Source of the DNA: Candidatus Kaftiobacterium secundum
GTDB lineage: Bacteria; Sysuimicrobiota; Sysuimicrobiia; Sysuimicrobiales; Kaftiobacteriaceae
Assembly: GCA_031459765.1 (NCBI GenBank)
Contig: JAVKHY010000002.1
Coordinates: 257,350-321,349 of the forward strand
DNA length: 64,000 nt
Direction of reading: 5' to 3'
Shown: positions 22,763-31,541 of the stretch, in pieces
Layout: every line of letters begins with the position of its first letter
Numbering within the stretch: the first letter of the stretch is position 1
Program-made: the position numbers and the translations under genes
Notes under the pieces: model-generated
Told to the model about the DNA's origin: nothing
The model's database searches: none
Seen by the model: only the letters and a program-made list of their open reading frames with translations

Positions 22763-23461
22763 TCACCGAGCCGCACGCGCCTCCAGCCCCGCGGCGTCCA
22801 GCACCCGGATCTCCCTCCGGCCGACCCGCAGCAACCCGGCGCGGGCGAACTCTTCCAGCAGGCGGCTGACAACCTCGCGGGAGCTGCCCAGCTCCGAAGC
22901 GATCTGCTGATGGGTCATGCGCACCGGGTTCTGCAGGCGCGCCTGCGCCAGCAGCAGGGCGGCCAGGCGGCTGTCCAGGCGGCGGAAGACCGCCTCGTCC
23001 AGGGTCTCCATCACGCGGGCCAACCGCTGCAGGAGCATCTCGAAGACGAAATCCTGCCACAGATCAACATGGCGGACCCAGCGCCGGAAGGTCTCGGCGG
23101 GAATGAACAGGGCCTCGGCGTCCTGCTCGACCGTGGCCACGGCAGGGAACGCCCTCCGGTTCAGGATGGCGCCGGCCGTGAGCACGCAGGACTGGCCCGT
23201 CCCGAACCGGTAGAGGGTAATCTCCCGGCCGCCCGACCCGATGGCGTAGACGCGGACCACACCCGAGAGGAGCAGCGCGATTCCTTCCACCCGGTCGCCT
23301 TCGACGAAGATATCGCGGCCCGCCCGGAGGCGGACAAGGGAGGCGGCCTCGCGGATCTCCTCGGCCAGCCGGGGGTCGGCGCGCCGCAGGAGGGGCAGCG
23401 ACTGGAGGACCCGGTCGTAGCTCTGCTCGTCAAGCATCGGCGCGTCTATCGTTCCATCCAT
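22763..23461 (-). CDS. Crp/Fnr-family transcription regulator (no N-terminal Cys cluster; DNR/NnrR-like)
   Basis: cNMP-binding-like beta-roll plus C-terminal HTH (HQQIASELGSSREVVSRLL). No FNR-type Cys cluster. ATG at 23461. Confidence 0.7.
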   Translation of the reverse strand: MDGTIDAPMLDEQSYDRVLQSLPLLRRADPRLAEEIREAASLVRLRAGRDIFVEGDRVEGIALLLSGVVRVYAIGSGGREITLYRFGTGQSCVLTAGAILNRRAFPAVATVEQDAEALFIPAETFRRWVRHVDLWQDFVFEMLLQRLARVMETLDEAVFRRLDSRLAALLLAQARLQNPVRMTHQQIASELGSSREVVSRLLEEFARAGLLRVGRREIRVLDAAGLEARAAR

Positions 23462-23585
23462 GGGGACCGCTTCCCTGGAGGCGGCCGGGGTCCGACCCAC
23501 CCCAGGCGGGAGGGGCCGGAAGACGGCCGAAGAGGAGAAGGCGGCGCGGGCGTCGGATAGCGTCACGTCCTCACGGAGGTGCGGC

Positions 23586-24008
23586 ATGGAGATCGCGTGC
23601 ATCCTCTACGCCACCGACGGATCGTCCCACGCGCGAAAAGCGCTGGACTGGGTGGTGGACATCGCCCGGCGTCGGCGGGCCCGGGTGATCGTGGTCACGG
23701 CCTATGAGCCGATTCCGCGGGAGCTGGGGTCGCCATACCTGGAGGAGTTGATGGCCCGTCGCCCGGCGGAAGCCCGGGCCACCGCGGCGGAGGCCGAGGC
23801 CGTGCTGCGCCGCGAAGGGATTGACCATGAGCTGGAAGTGCTGGAGGGACCCGCCGCCGACGCCATCCTGAGGGTGGCACGCACCCGCCGCTGCGACCTC
23901 ATCGTCATGGGCTCCCGGGGACTGGGACGGCTGGAGGTCGCCCTGCTGGGCTCGGTGAGCCAGCGTGTCGTGCAGGAAGCCCCCTGCCCCGTCCTGATCG
24001 TGCGCTGA
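23586..24008 (+). CDS. universal stress protein (UspA family)
   Basis: ILYATDGS...VVTA...LIVMGSRGLGRLE..GSVSQRVVQEAPCPVLIV. Confidence 0.75.
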   Translation: MEIACILYATDGSSHARKALDWVVDIARRRRARVIVVTAYEPIPRELGSPYLEELMARRPAEARATAAEAEAVLRREGIDHELEVLEGPAADAILRVARTRRCDLIVMGSRGLGRLEVALLGSVSQRVVQEAPCPVLIVR

Positions 24009-24024
24009 CCTCAGACGCGGCGGG

Positions 24025-24408
24025 TTACTCTATGCCGACATGGATCGGGATTTGGGCGGCGAACGCCCGCCCTCCGACGACCCCCCGGATCTGCAGTTGC
24101 CACACCCCGTCCATGGAGAAGGTGTGCGAGGCCTCGTACCGCCCCGCCCCCGCCGGGTGCAGGACGATGCGCTCCGCGCCGTGGGACATCTCCGGCATCG
24201 CGAGGCGTGCCTCGCTGATCCGCACGGCCACGGGGCGGCCGGCGCGATCCCGACAGCGCACCACAAGCGTGACCGGACGCAGCGCCGCGACCGCCCTCGG
24301 CACCGTGGATACCTCCACCGTGATGTCGTCGGAGGCCGCGGCCTGCGGGCGGCCGCCGCACCCGGCGGCCAGGACCGCGATCGCGGCGAGCACGACGAGG
24401 CGGCTCAT
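24025..24408 (-). CDS. YtkA/FixH-like lipoprotein, last gene of the nos operon (possible Cu-handling substitute for NosL)
   Basis: Lipobox LAAGC, ~105-aa periplasmic beta-rich domain with a Met/His patch (LAMPEMSHG). 4-nt overlap with nosY. Confidence 0.4.
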   Translation of the reverse strand: MSRLVVLAAIAVLAAGCGGRPQAAASDDITVEVSTVPRAVAALRPVTLVVRCRDRAGRPVAVRISEARLAMPEMSHGAERIVLHPAGAGRYEASHTFSMDGVWQLQIRGVVGGRAFAAQIPIHVGIE

Positions 24409-25229
24409 CCCTCCACCGCCGCGAGAAACCGGGCCCGTCCGGCCAGGTAGGCGACTGCCGTCCACAGGATCAGGACCAGGACGAGCGCGGCCGCGAGCCC
24501 CGCCGACCCGAGACGGTCCACGGCGTAGAGACCCACGGGACCGGTGAGGTCTGCGCTGCCGGTGATTCCGACGATGGCGGCCAGCCGGTAGGCGCCGACC
24601 GGGTTCAGGGACCCCAGGATGAGGAGCGCCGGCGCCGGCAGACGCAGCACCATCGCCGTCCCCAGCAGGCCGAGATCGCTGAGGACCACCAGCCCCAGCC
24701 ACGCGCCCAGCGCCGCTCCGAGCGCGCGGCTCCGCGACGGGGAGGCGGCCGAGATCAAGAAGCCCGTGGCCAGCATGGCCAGCGCCAGCAGGACGGACAG
24801 CGCCACCAGCCAGAGGAAGGCCGGGATTCGCTCCGTCCCGGCGCGGAGGGCGAGGAGCAGGCCGGCCGCGCCGAATCCCACGACGACCGCCGCCGTCATG
24901 CCCCAGGCCACGCCGCAGAACTTCCCGGAGAAGACGATCCGGCGGTCCACAGGCTGACTGAGGACCAGGGTCAGCGACCCGCTCTCACGCTCGCCGGCGA
25001 TCCACACCGCCCCGACCGTGAGCCCGATCAGCGGAATGAAGAGCATGCCCAGGTGGATCAGCGTGGCGGCGGCGCGACCGAAGGCCGAAACGCCCAGGAC
25101 GTCCACGGCGGCCAGGGCGACCAAGGCGGAAGCCAGGACGAGCAGGCCGAAGGCACCGGCCGCCGCCAGGAACCACCGGTCGCGCAGCACGGCGCGCGCC
25201 TCCCAGCGGGCAACCGCTGGCAGGCTCAT
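24405..25229 (-). CDS. nosY: ABC-2-type permease NosY
   Basis: 6-TM ABC-2 permease directly downstream of nosF/nosD, translationally coupled. Confidence 0.7.
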   Translation of the reverse strand: MSLPAVARWEARAVLRDRWFLAAAGAFGLLVLASALVALAAVDVLGVSAFGRAAATLIHLGMLFIPLIGLTVGAVWIAGERESGSLTLVLSQPVDRRIVFSGKFCGVAWGMTAAVVVGFGAAGLLLALRAGTERIPAFLWLVALSVLLALAMLATGFLISAASPSRSRALGAALGAWLGLVVLSDLGLLGTAMVLRLPAPALLILGSLNPVGAYRLAAIVGITGSADLTGPVGLYAVDRLGSAGLAAALVLVLILWTAVAYLAGRARFLAAVEG

Positions 25230-26071
25230 CGGGTCGCCTCCCGCAGCACGTCGAGGAGCGCCGGCTCGTGGATGTCCACGGGACGACGGCCGAGGGCCTC
25301 GAGCACGGCGCCCAACGCGCCGTCGCGCACCCGCAGGTGGTGTGTCCCGTTACTGCCGGACACGACGATGACGCCGTCCGGTAGCACCGGCAACGGCCCG
25401 GAGGTCGTGAGCTCCAGCCAGCGGGCCGACCGCACCGTCTCCATCGCCGCGTCCGCGCGGACCGCGCCCTCCTCCAGCAGCACGACGCGGTCGACGAGCG
25501 ACTGGAGGCCGTTCAGGTGATGCGTGGCCACCAGCACGGTGCGCCCCTCGGCCTGCGCCTCTTCGAGCCACGCTCGGAGCAGTCCCTCCCCGCCGGCATC
25601 CAGATGGCTGGCCGGCTCGTCCATCAAGATCACGGGGGGATCCCCGACCCGGGCCACGGCCAGCGCCAGTCGTCGTCCCATCCCCCCGGACAGGTGCCCC
25701 ACGGGCGTGGCCGCCTCCCGATCGAGGCCGACCCTGGCCAGCACCGGCAGCGGATCGGCCGGAAGGCCCCTGATTTCCTGGACGTAGGCGACGACCTCGC
25801 CCGTCGTGAGATGGGGCGGGAACGCCGGCGTCTGCGGGACATAGCCCACCAGCGCCCGGGCCCGCAGCCCCTCGGCGCGGGCGTCGTGTCCGCCGATGGC
25901 GACCGCGCCCTCGTAAGGGATGAGGGCCAGCAACGCGCGCAGCAGCGTGGTCTTGCCGGCCCCGTTCGGGCCGACCAGGGCCACCCGCTGTCCGGCCGGA
26001 ACGGTCAGGGTCACAAACCGCAGCGCCTCGCGTTCGCCGAATCGCACCGTCAGGTCACGGACCGTGATCAT
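25226..26071 (-). CDS. nosF: ABC ATPase NosF
   Basis: Walker A GPNGAGKTT, signature LSGGMGRR, Walker B ILMDEP. Coupled to nosD and nosY. Confidence 0.8.
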   Translation of the reverse strand: MITVRDLTVRFGEREALRFVTLTVPAGQRVALVGPNGAGKTTLLRALLALIPYEGAVAIGGHDARAEGLRARALVGYVPQTPAFPPHLTTGEVVAYVQEIRGLPADPLPVLARVGLDREAATPVGHLSGGMGRRLALAVARVGDPPVILMDEPASHLDAGGEGLLRAWLEEAQAEGRTVLVATHHLNGLQSLVDRVVLLEEGAVRADAAMETVRSARWLELTTSGPLPVLPDGVIVVSGSNGTHHLRVRDGALGAVLEALGRRPVDIHEPALLDVLREATR

Positions 26072-27432
26072 GCCGCCGACCTCCGGGAAGCCGTCGACCC
26101 CCGGAAAGATGAGCGCGCCGCGCCCATCGCCGCCAGGCCGGCGGCGGTCAGGGCCAGCGAGACGAGGGCAAAGGGCAGGCTGGCTCCGGCGCCGCGGAAG
26201 GCCCGGGGGACGTCGGGACGCATGAGGGGGGAGGGGTCCTCGAGCAGGACCTCCGGGGCGAAGATCGGCAGCGCCCGCGCGGCGAAGTCCACGGCCGCCG
26301 CGGCAATGCTCCCGCGCAGCCAGGCCAGTTCCGGAATGCGGTCGCCCAGCGCTTCGAACCACTGGCGGGCCCGGTAGGGGGTGTCGCCGACGCCGTCACC
26401 CCGGAGGTCCAGTCCGGCGTAATCGCTCCAGTAGTTCCCGCGCCCGCCCCGGCTCCAGCGGTGCGCGCCGGACCGGCCGCCGTCGATCCGCACCTGGAGG
26501 ACGTTCCCGTCCAGAACGTTGCCCGCGACGACGTTCCCTCCGGCGCTGCCCAGCACCTGCAGCCCGATCTCGTTGCCAGCGATGACGTTGTCGATGATCT
26601 CGCTCCGCGCGGTGAGCAGGCGGGGCGTGCCGTCGATGTACAGACCGACGTGGTTGCCGGCCAGCAGGTTGGACCGGATCAGCACGTCGTCAGACTCCTT
26701 GAGGGCCAGACCGACGCCCGTGCTCCCCCGGTGGCGCAGGAAACGGTTCCCTTCCACCCGCACGCCGGTGCTGTACATGATGTAGGCCCCGACGGCGTTG
26801 TCCTCAAAGTGGCCGTCCAGCAGCCGCGCCGCGTCCGCGTACATCAGGTGCACGCCGTAGCGGGAGCGCCGGATGTCGGCGGCGTACAGCGTGGTGCCCC
26901 GGGCAAACCACAGCAACAGGTCGCGCACCCGCTCCAGGCGCAGCTCCGACAGCGTCACCCCGTGGCTGTACCAGAGCCGGATGCCGTCGCCGCGGCGGCT
27001 GAGGGGAAGGTCGTACCCGCGCACCGCCACTCGCCGGATCACGGCTCCGTGCGCCTGCTTCAGATTCACCCCGAAGAGCACCTCCTCCAGGGCGAGGTCT
27101 TCCAGCACGACGCCCGGGGCGCCGACGAAGATCCCGGCATCCTCGGTGTTGAGGTCGCGGCCGCTGCGGCGCAGGGTCAGCCGGCTGAGGACCACATCCG
27201 GCGCTTCGATCCGGACGATCGTGCCCCGCCCCCCGCCGTCGATCACCGCGCCGGGTGCCCCGACGATCCGCAGCGGCTTGCGGATGACCACCGGCCCCGC
27301 GGCCACGCCGGCGACCACGATCTCGCTCCCGGGCGGCGCCCGATCGATGCGGGCCTGCAGCGCATCGGCGGCGGCGGCCGGAGGGGAGCTGGTCAGGACG
27401 CCCAGGATGGCCAGGAGCAGGAGGGGCCTCAT
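26068..27432 (-). CDS. nosD: periplasmic copper-binding maturation protein NosD (right-handed beta-helix repeats)
   Basis: Signal peptide, then repeated NxxxGxxI/V parallel beta-helix repeats and C-terminal TM. Canonical position between nosZ/nosB and nosFY. Confidence 0.8.
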   Translation of the reverse strand: MRPLLLLAILGVLTSSPPAAAADALQARIDRAPPGSEIVVAGVAAGPVVIRKPLRIVGAPGAVIDGGGRGTIVRIEAPDVVLSRLTLRRSGRDLNTEDAGIFVGAPGVVLEDLALEEVLFGVNLKQAHGAVIRRVAVRGYDLPLSRRGDGIRLWYSHGVTLSELRLERVRDLLLWFARGTTLYAADIRRSRYGVHLMYADAARLLDGHFEDNAVGAYIMYSTGVRVEGNRFLRHRGSTGVGLALKESDDVLIRSNLLAGNHVGLYIDGTPRLLTARSEIIDNVIAGNEIGLQVLGSAGGNVVAGNVLDGNVLQVRIDGGRSGAHRWSRGGRGNYWSDYAGLDLRGDGVGDTPYRARQWFEALGDRIPELAWLRGSIAAAAVDFAARALPIFAPEVLLEDPSPLMRPDVPRAFRGAGASLPFALVSLALTAAGLAAMGAARSSFRGSTASRRSAA

Positions 27433-28019
27433 CTCCGTCGCCACCGGACCAGGTTGTACAGGGCCAGCAGGGCCGTCGCCGCCGCACAGAGGAAGCCCCA
27501 GCTGAACATCGCGTAGGTGGAGAACTGCATCACCGTCCCCCTGCCGACAATCGCCGGCATGAAGGGGTCCACCCGAATGGGCGCGGCGGGATCGAGGGAG
27601 TGGCCGAAGGTCCACAACCAGTAGGCCAGATCGCCGACCACGCCCAGGGGAAAGACCACCGCCGGCGCCTGGAGCAGCGGGCCGAGCCGGCCCAGGAACG
27701 GCGAGGCGCCCACGGCCAGCACCCCGCCGAGGACGATCGGGACGGCCAGGCGGCGCTCCAGCGGCGCGGCCACCTCGAGAGGCTTCATCCCGATGTAGTG
27801 GTTGAGAATGCTGATCTCCGACGATTCGCCGGTCACTCGGGTCAGGTAGACTGAGGCGCGCAGGCCGCCCGGATACTGGGGGGCATACAGGGTGATCCGC
27901 CAGTAGGGGAGGATCAGCGACAGGCCCAGCAGCGCCGCCGCCACCCAGGAGCGGAGGTGAAGGCCCGTGGGGCGGCGGGCCTGCGCCAGTTCGCTCCGAA
28001 CGACGGCGAGTGTCACCAC
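27429..28019 (-). CDS. nosB: NosB-like transmembrane protein (clade-II nos hallmark)
   Basis: ~196 aa with 4-5 TM helices, immediately downstream of nosZ and overlapping nosD by 4 nt. Confidence 0.45.
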   Translation of the reverse strand: MVTLAVVRSELAQARRPTGLHLRSWVAAALLGLSLILPYWRITLYAPQYPGGLRASVYLTRVTGESSEISILNHYIGMKPLEVAAPLERRLAVPIVLGGVLAVGASPFLGRLGPLLQAPAVVFPLGVVGDLAYWLWTFGHSLDPAAPIRVDPFMPAIVGRGTVMQFSTYAMFSWGFLCAAATALLALYNLVRWRRR

Positions 28020-28080
28020 AGTTCGCGTCCTCCCGCCGAAGAAGATTCTGGACAGGGGGCCGGACTCCGGCCCCCTGCCG

Positions 28081-30057
28081 TCACGGCGCCACTTCCAGGT
28101 ACCCGGCCATCTCCAGGTGCAGCGCCGAGCAGAACTCGGTGCAGTAGAAGGGGAACACCCCGGGCTTATCCGCGACGAACTTCACCGTTTCGAACTTCCC
28201 GGGCTCCAGGCTCAGGTTGATGTTGTAGCGGTCGATGGCGAAGCCGTGGATCGCGTCCTTGGCCCGCTCGATGTTCGTGATGTGCAGAATCACGGTGTCC
28301 CCGCGCCTGACCTGGATGCGGTCCGGCGTGAAGTGGCTGCGCATCGCGGTCATCCAGACCTCGACGGTGGTGCCCTTACGCACGATGCGCTCCTTCCCGG
28401 CGCCTGTCGTGTTGGGGTCCACCTTCATGGTCAGAGGGTTGGTGCCGACCTCGGGGTAGACCGCCCAGGACTTCACCCTGTCCAGAGGGATGATCTGCGC
28501 CAGGTGCGGTTCGGCCAGCCCCACCGGGGTGTCGCTGAGGAGCACCATCTTCTCCCCGCTGATGTCGATGAGCTGGAGGTTCTGCGGGAACAGCGGGCCG
28601 ACGTTGCTGTACCGGTCCACCGACCACTTGTTCAGGGCTACCAGGTACCTGCCGCCCGGCTTCGCCGTATCCCCGGTCACCGCGGCCAGGTGCCCGATGT
28701 TGTAGTGCACGGGCAGCTTGTCCACGAGCTTCCAGGCCTCCCCGCCCTTCTTGTAGGGGGCGCCCAGCGTCCACTTGGCCACCGCGCTGTCCAGGAACAG
28801 GCTGGTGTAGGCGTTGCCCTTGTCATCGAACTGGGTGTGCAGCGGCCCCAGGCCGATCTTCACCTGCGCCTCGACGACCCGGTCGAAGGCCAGGATCGGC
28901 ACCCCGTAGGGGTCGGTCCCGCTGAAGGCCTTGTCCTTGATCGCCTGCTGGATCTTGCGGTGACTGTAGATGGTGACGTTGGGATCGAGCTTGCCGCCGA
29001 CGACGATGTAGTCTCCCCGCGGGGCGATGTCGTTCCCGTGCGGGCTCTTCGGCTCCGGCGCAAAATAGAGGACCCCGTTGGCCACCGCGTCCTTCAGGGA
29101 GAGGACCTTCATCCCGTTGACCACGGTCCCCCGGCCCTGGGCGATGAGCTGGGCGGCCTTCTTGTAGTGGATGATGTGCAGGTAGTCCATGTCCCGGGCC
29201 GAGGCCCCGATCTCCACCGGGGGCTGCTTGGCCAGGGTGCCGCCGATGGCGCGCTCCGTGTTGAAGGAGTTCATGTACACCCAGCCGTCGCTCTCGAACT
29301 TGCCGAAGTCGGCCAGGTCCTGCCAGTAGGGCGGGAGCTCGATCTGGAAGGACTGGGCCGGGTCGATGCGCCCCCGGGCGCGGTCGAACTTCCAGAAGGT
29401 GGCCAGGCCGCGGTAGTGCTGGTTGTAGTTCTCCTGGGTCAGCGGCACGTAGCGGAACGGGAAGGGGGCCGCGTACTGTGTGGCCTCCAGGACGTACTCG
29501 GTGTTGGGGCTGACCACCGCCCCGTGGTTGCTGGCGGCGTTGGGGTTGCGCACGATCTGCTTGGTGGAGAAGTCCCGCAGATCGATCACCGCCATCCGGG
29601 CGTTGGCCTTATCGTTGATGAACAGGAACTGGCCGTCGTACTCGGCGTTGGTCTCGCTGATCGCCGGGTGGTGCGTGTCCCCCCAGCTCAGGGCGTCGCG
29701 GAGCTCCGCCTGCTCGCGGAGGATCTCCGCCGTTTCCTTGCTGAAACCGTAGCCCTGCCAGGATTCGGGGCTGAAGACGCCGATCACGCGCAGGAGGCGC
29801 ATCGACGGCAACCCGAAGACCAGCACCTGCCCGGACTGCCCGCCGGAACTGAACATGAGGTAGTCGTCGTACTTGCCCGGCGGCACATAGGTCTGGACCG
29901 CGGCGCGGACCTGGTCGGGGGTCAGCCCCTTGGCCTTGATCAGTTGCTCCAGGCTCGGCGCCGTCGTGGCCGTGGACACCGTGAACCGCCCCCCCGCGGC
30001 CGCCAGGACCAGCAGGACCAGTGCCGCTCCTCCTGCCACCAGCCATCGTCTCCTCAT
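28081..30057 (-). CDS. nosZ: nitrous-oxide reductase NosZ
   Basis: 658 aa. C-terminal CuA motif FYCTEFCSALHLEMAG (Cx3Cx3Hx2M). Seven-bladed propeller region with the conserved His clusters expected for the CuZ site. N-terminal signal MRRRWLVAGGAALVLLVLAAA. RBS GGGGAGG. Confidence 0.9.
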   Translation of the reverse strand: MRRRWLVAGGAALVLLVLAAAGGRFTVSTATTAPSLEQLIKAKGLTPDQVRAAVQTYVPPGKYDDYLMFSSGGQSGQVLVFGLPSMRLLRVIGVFSPESWQGYGFSKETAEILREQAELRDALSWGDTHHPAISETNAEYDGQFLFINDKANARMAVIDLRDFSTKQIVRNPNAASNHGAVVSPNTEYVLEATQYAAPFPFRYVPLTQENYNQHYRGLATFWKFDRARGRIDPAQSFQIELPPYWQDLADFGKFESDGWVYMNSFNTERAIGGTLAKQPPVEIGASARDMDYLHIIHYKKAAQLIAQGRGTVVNGMKVLSLKDAVANGVLYFAPEPKSPHGNDIAPRGDYIVVGGKLDPNVTIYSHRKIQQAIKDKAFSGTDPYGVPILAFDRVVEAQVKIGLGPLHTQFDDKGNAYTSLFLDSAVAKWTLGAPYKKGGEAWKLVDKLPVHYNIGHLAAVTGDTAKPGGRYLVALNKWSVDRYSNVGPLFPQNLQLIDISGEKMVLLSDTPVGLAEPHLAQIIPLDRVKSWAVYPEVGTNPLTMKVDPNTTGAGKERIVRKGTTVEVWMTAMRSHFTPDRIQVRRGDTVILHITNIERAKDAIHGFAIDRYNINLSLEPGKFETVKFVADKPGVFPFYCTEFCSALHLEMAGYLEVAP

Positions 30058-30083
30058 GGTGACCTCCCCTCTCGAGATGCCGG

Positions 30084-30482
30084 TTACTTTACGACCAGCT
30101 GGATGTGCATGCCCGCTTCCTTATGGCCGGCCACCTTGCAGAAGATGGTGTACGTGCCGGGTTTGAGATCCACGGTGAGCGTGGTGGACTGTCCGGGGCG
30201 CAGCGCCTCGGTGCCCTTGTCCAGCCCCTCGATCAGGAAGTCGTGCTCCACGGTGCCCACGTTCTCGATCCGGAAGGTGACGGGGCCGGCGGAGACCTCC
30301 GTGGGCTGCATCTCGTACTTGAACTCGCTCATCTTCACCGTGACGGTCTGACCGGCCGCCGTGGGCGCGGCCGGGGGCTGCGCGGCCGGCGGGGTCGGCT
30401 GCTGGGCCGGCTGCTTTCCTCCGCAGGCCGCCGCCAGCAGGGCGACCATCACCATCAGGATCACCGCACCATACCTCACCAT
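30084..30482 (-). CDS. lipoprotein type-1 (blue) cupredoxin, likely electron donor to NosZ
   Basis: Lipobox LAAAC, Pro/Ala linker, cupredoxin fold with His...Cys-x4-His-x4-Met (EHDF...CKVAGHKEAGM). Immediately upstream of nosZ. Confidence 0.7.
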   Translation of the reverse strand: MVRYGAVILMVMVALLAAACGGKQPAQQPTPPAAQPPAAPTAAGQTVTVKMSEFKYEMQPTEVSAGPVTFRIENVGTVEHDFLIEGLDKGTEALRPGQSTTLTVDLKPGTYTIFCKVAGHKEAGMHIQLVVK

Positions 30483-30519
30483 TCCTCACCTCCGTGTTCT
30501 GTGCCGTTCCTGCGTGCCG

Positions 30520-30957
30520 CTACCCCGCCGCGCGCGCCTGAGGCGCCCGCCTGCCGCGGCCGTTCTCCGGCAGCTGCGCGGCCAGCTCCGCGACCGTCAC
30601 CGCCAGTTCCCGTTCCACCGCGGCCTCGGCGCGCGCCAGGGTCGCCCGCACGGGGCACGGCTGCTGGCACGGGCAGTCCCCCCACAGCGCACACAGGTTG
30701 AGGGCCAGCGGGCCCTCGGCCGCCTCCAGCACGGCGCGCAGGGTCAGGCCGGCCGCAGGCCGGGCCAGTTCCACTCCGCCCCGGATCCCCCGGAACGTGC
30801 GCAGGATGCCGGCCCGGCCCAGACCCTGGACGACCTTGGCCATGTAGGCCGGCGGGATCCCCTGACGCCGCGCGATCTCCGACGAGCGGGCCCGCCCGTG
30901 GCGGGCAAGGTCCAGCACGGTGCGGAAGGCGTAGTGGGCGTTGCGGCTGAGTCGCAT
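30520..30957 (-). CDS. Rrf2-family transcription regulator with cluster-ligating Cys triad (NsrR/IscR-like)
   Basis: N-terminal wHTH (YAFRTVLDLARHG), Cys residues in CALWGDCPCQQPC. First gene of the nos operon. Confidence 0.75.
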   Translation of the reverse strand: MRLSRNAHYAFRTVLDLARHGRARSSEIARRQGIPPAYMAKVVQGLGRAGILRTFRGIRGGVELARPAAGLTLRAVLEAAEGPLALNLCALWGDCPCQQPCPVRATLARAEAAVERELAVTVAELAAQLPENGRGRRAPQARAAG

Positions 30958-30967
30958 GGAGAAATTG

Positions 30968-30988
30968 GACAAAGTCTCTATCTTTGTC
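30968..30988 (-). promoter_or_regulatory. perfect 7-bp inverted repeat GACAAAG-N7-CTTTGTC in an AT-rich patch ~15 bp upstream of the rrf2 start; candidate Rrf2 operator
   Basis: Read directly from sequence. Locally low GC within a 70% GC genome. Confidence 0.35.
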
Positions 30989-31088
30989 GGATTGAGCCTA
31001 CAGGAGGCGCGGCCGGGCGGGTATCAGGCGGGCGTCCGAATTGCATCGGGCCTGCGCCCGATAGAACCGATCAGAGCGGGAGGAGGCT

Positions 31089-31502
31089 TCAAAGGGATTG
31101 CAGGCGGCAAAGACGGCGGGGACCGGGATCAGACCGCCGGAGGCCACCCGTAGCGCCGACGAATCCCTCGACGGAAACGAGCCGTTTGGCCACCGGATCG
31201 ACGGCCAGGAACAGGCTCTCCAGGGCCACGGCTCCCAGCAGCGGCGGGCCAGCCGGAGCTACGAAGCAGGGCGTCGTGACCTCCTGACCGTCCAACGCCA
31301 GTCGCACCTCGGCCACCGGCCAGATCTCCCGCCGCCCCCCGGCGATGACAACGGGATGGCGGCGGTGCGGCGCGAGCCCGAGGGCGCTGGCGAGATCCTG
31401 AGGCACCACGAGCAAAGTGGCTCCCGTGTCCACCAGGAGTTCGACCTCCTGGCTGGACCCGGTGGGCCCCGTCAGCCGCCCGCGCACGCGAAAGAGACCC
31501 AT
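31089..31502 (-). CDS. retropepsin-like (clan AA) aspartic protease domain protein
   Basis: LLVDTGA catalytic motif and size ~137 aa. Confidence 0.5.
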   Translation of the reverse strand: MGLFRVRGRLTGPTGSSQEVELLVDTGATLLVVPQDLASALGLAPHRRHPVVIAGGRREIWPVAEVRLALDGQEVTTPCFVAPAGPPLLGAVALESLFLAVDPVAKRLVSVEGFVGATGGLRRSDPGPRRLCRLQSL

Positions 31503-31541
31503 CGCAATCTATCCTACCACGAAGGGTGCGCGGGACGCGGG

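Noticed and set aside
31089-31502. Retropepsin-like protease as evidence of a retroelement or mobile element
   Set aside because: No reverse transcriptase, integrase, LTR-like repeats or transposase nearby. Stand-alone bacterial clan-AA protease domains are common.
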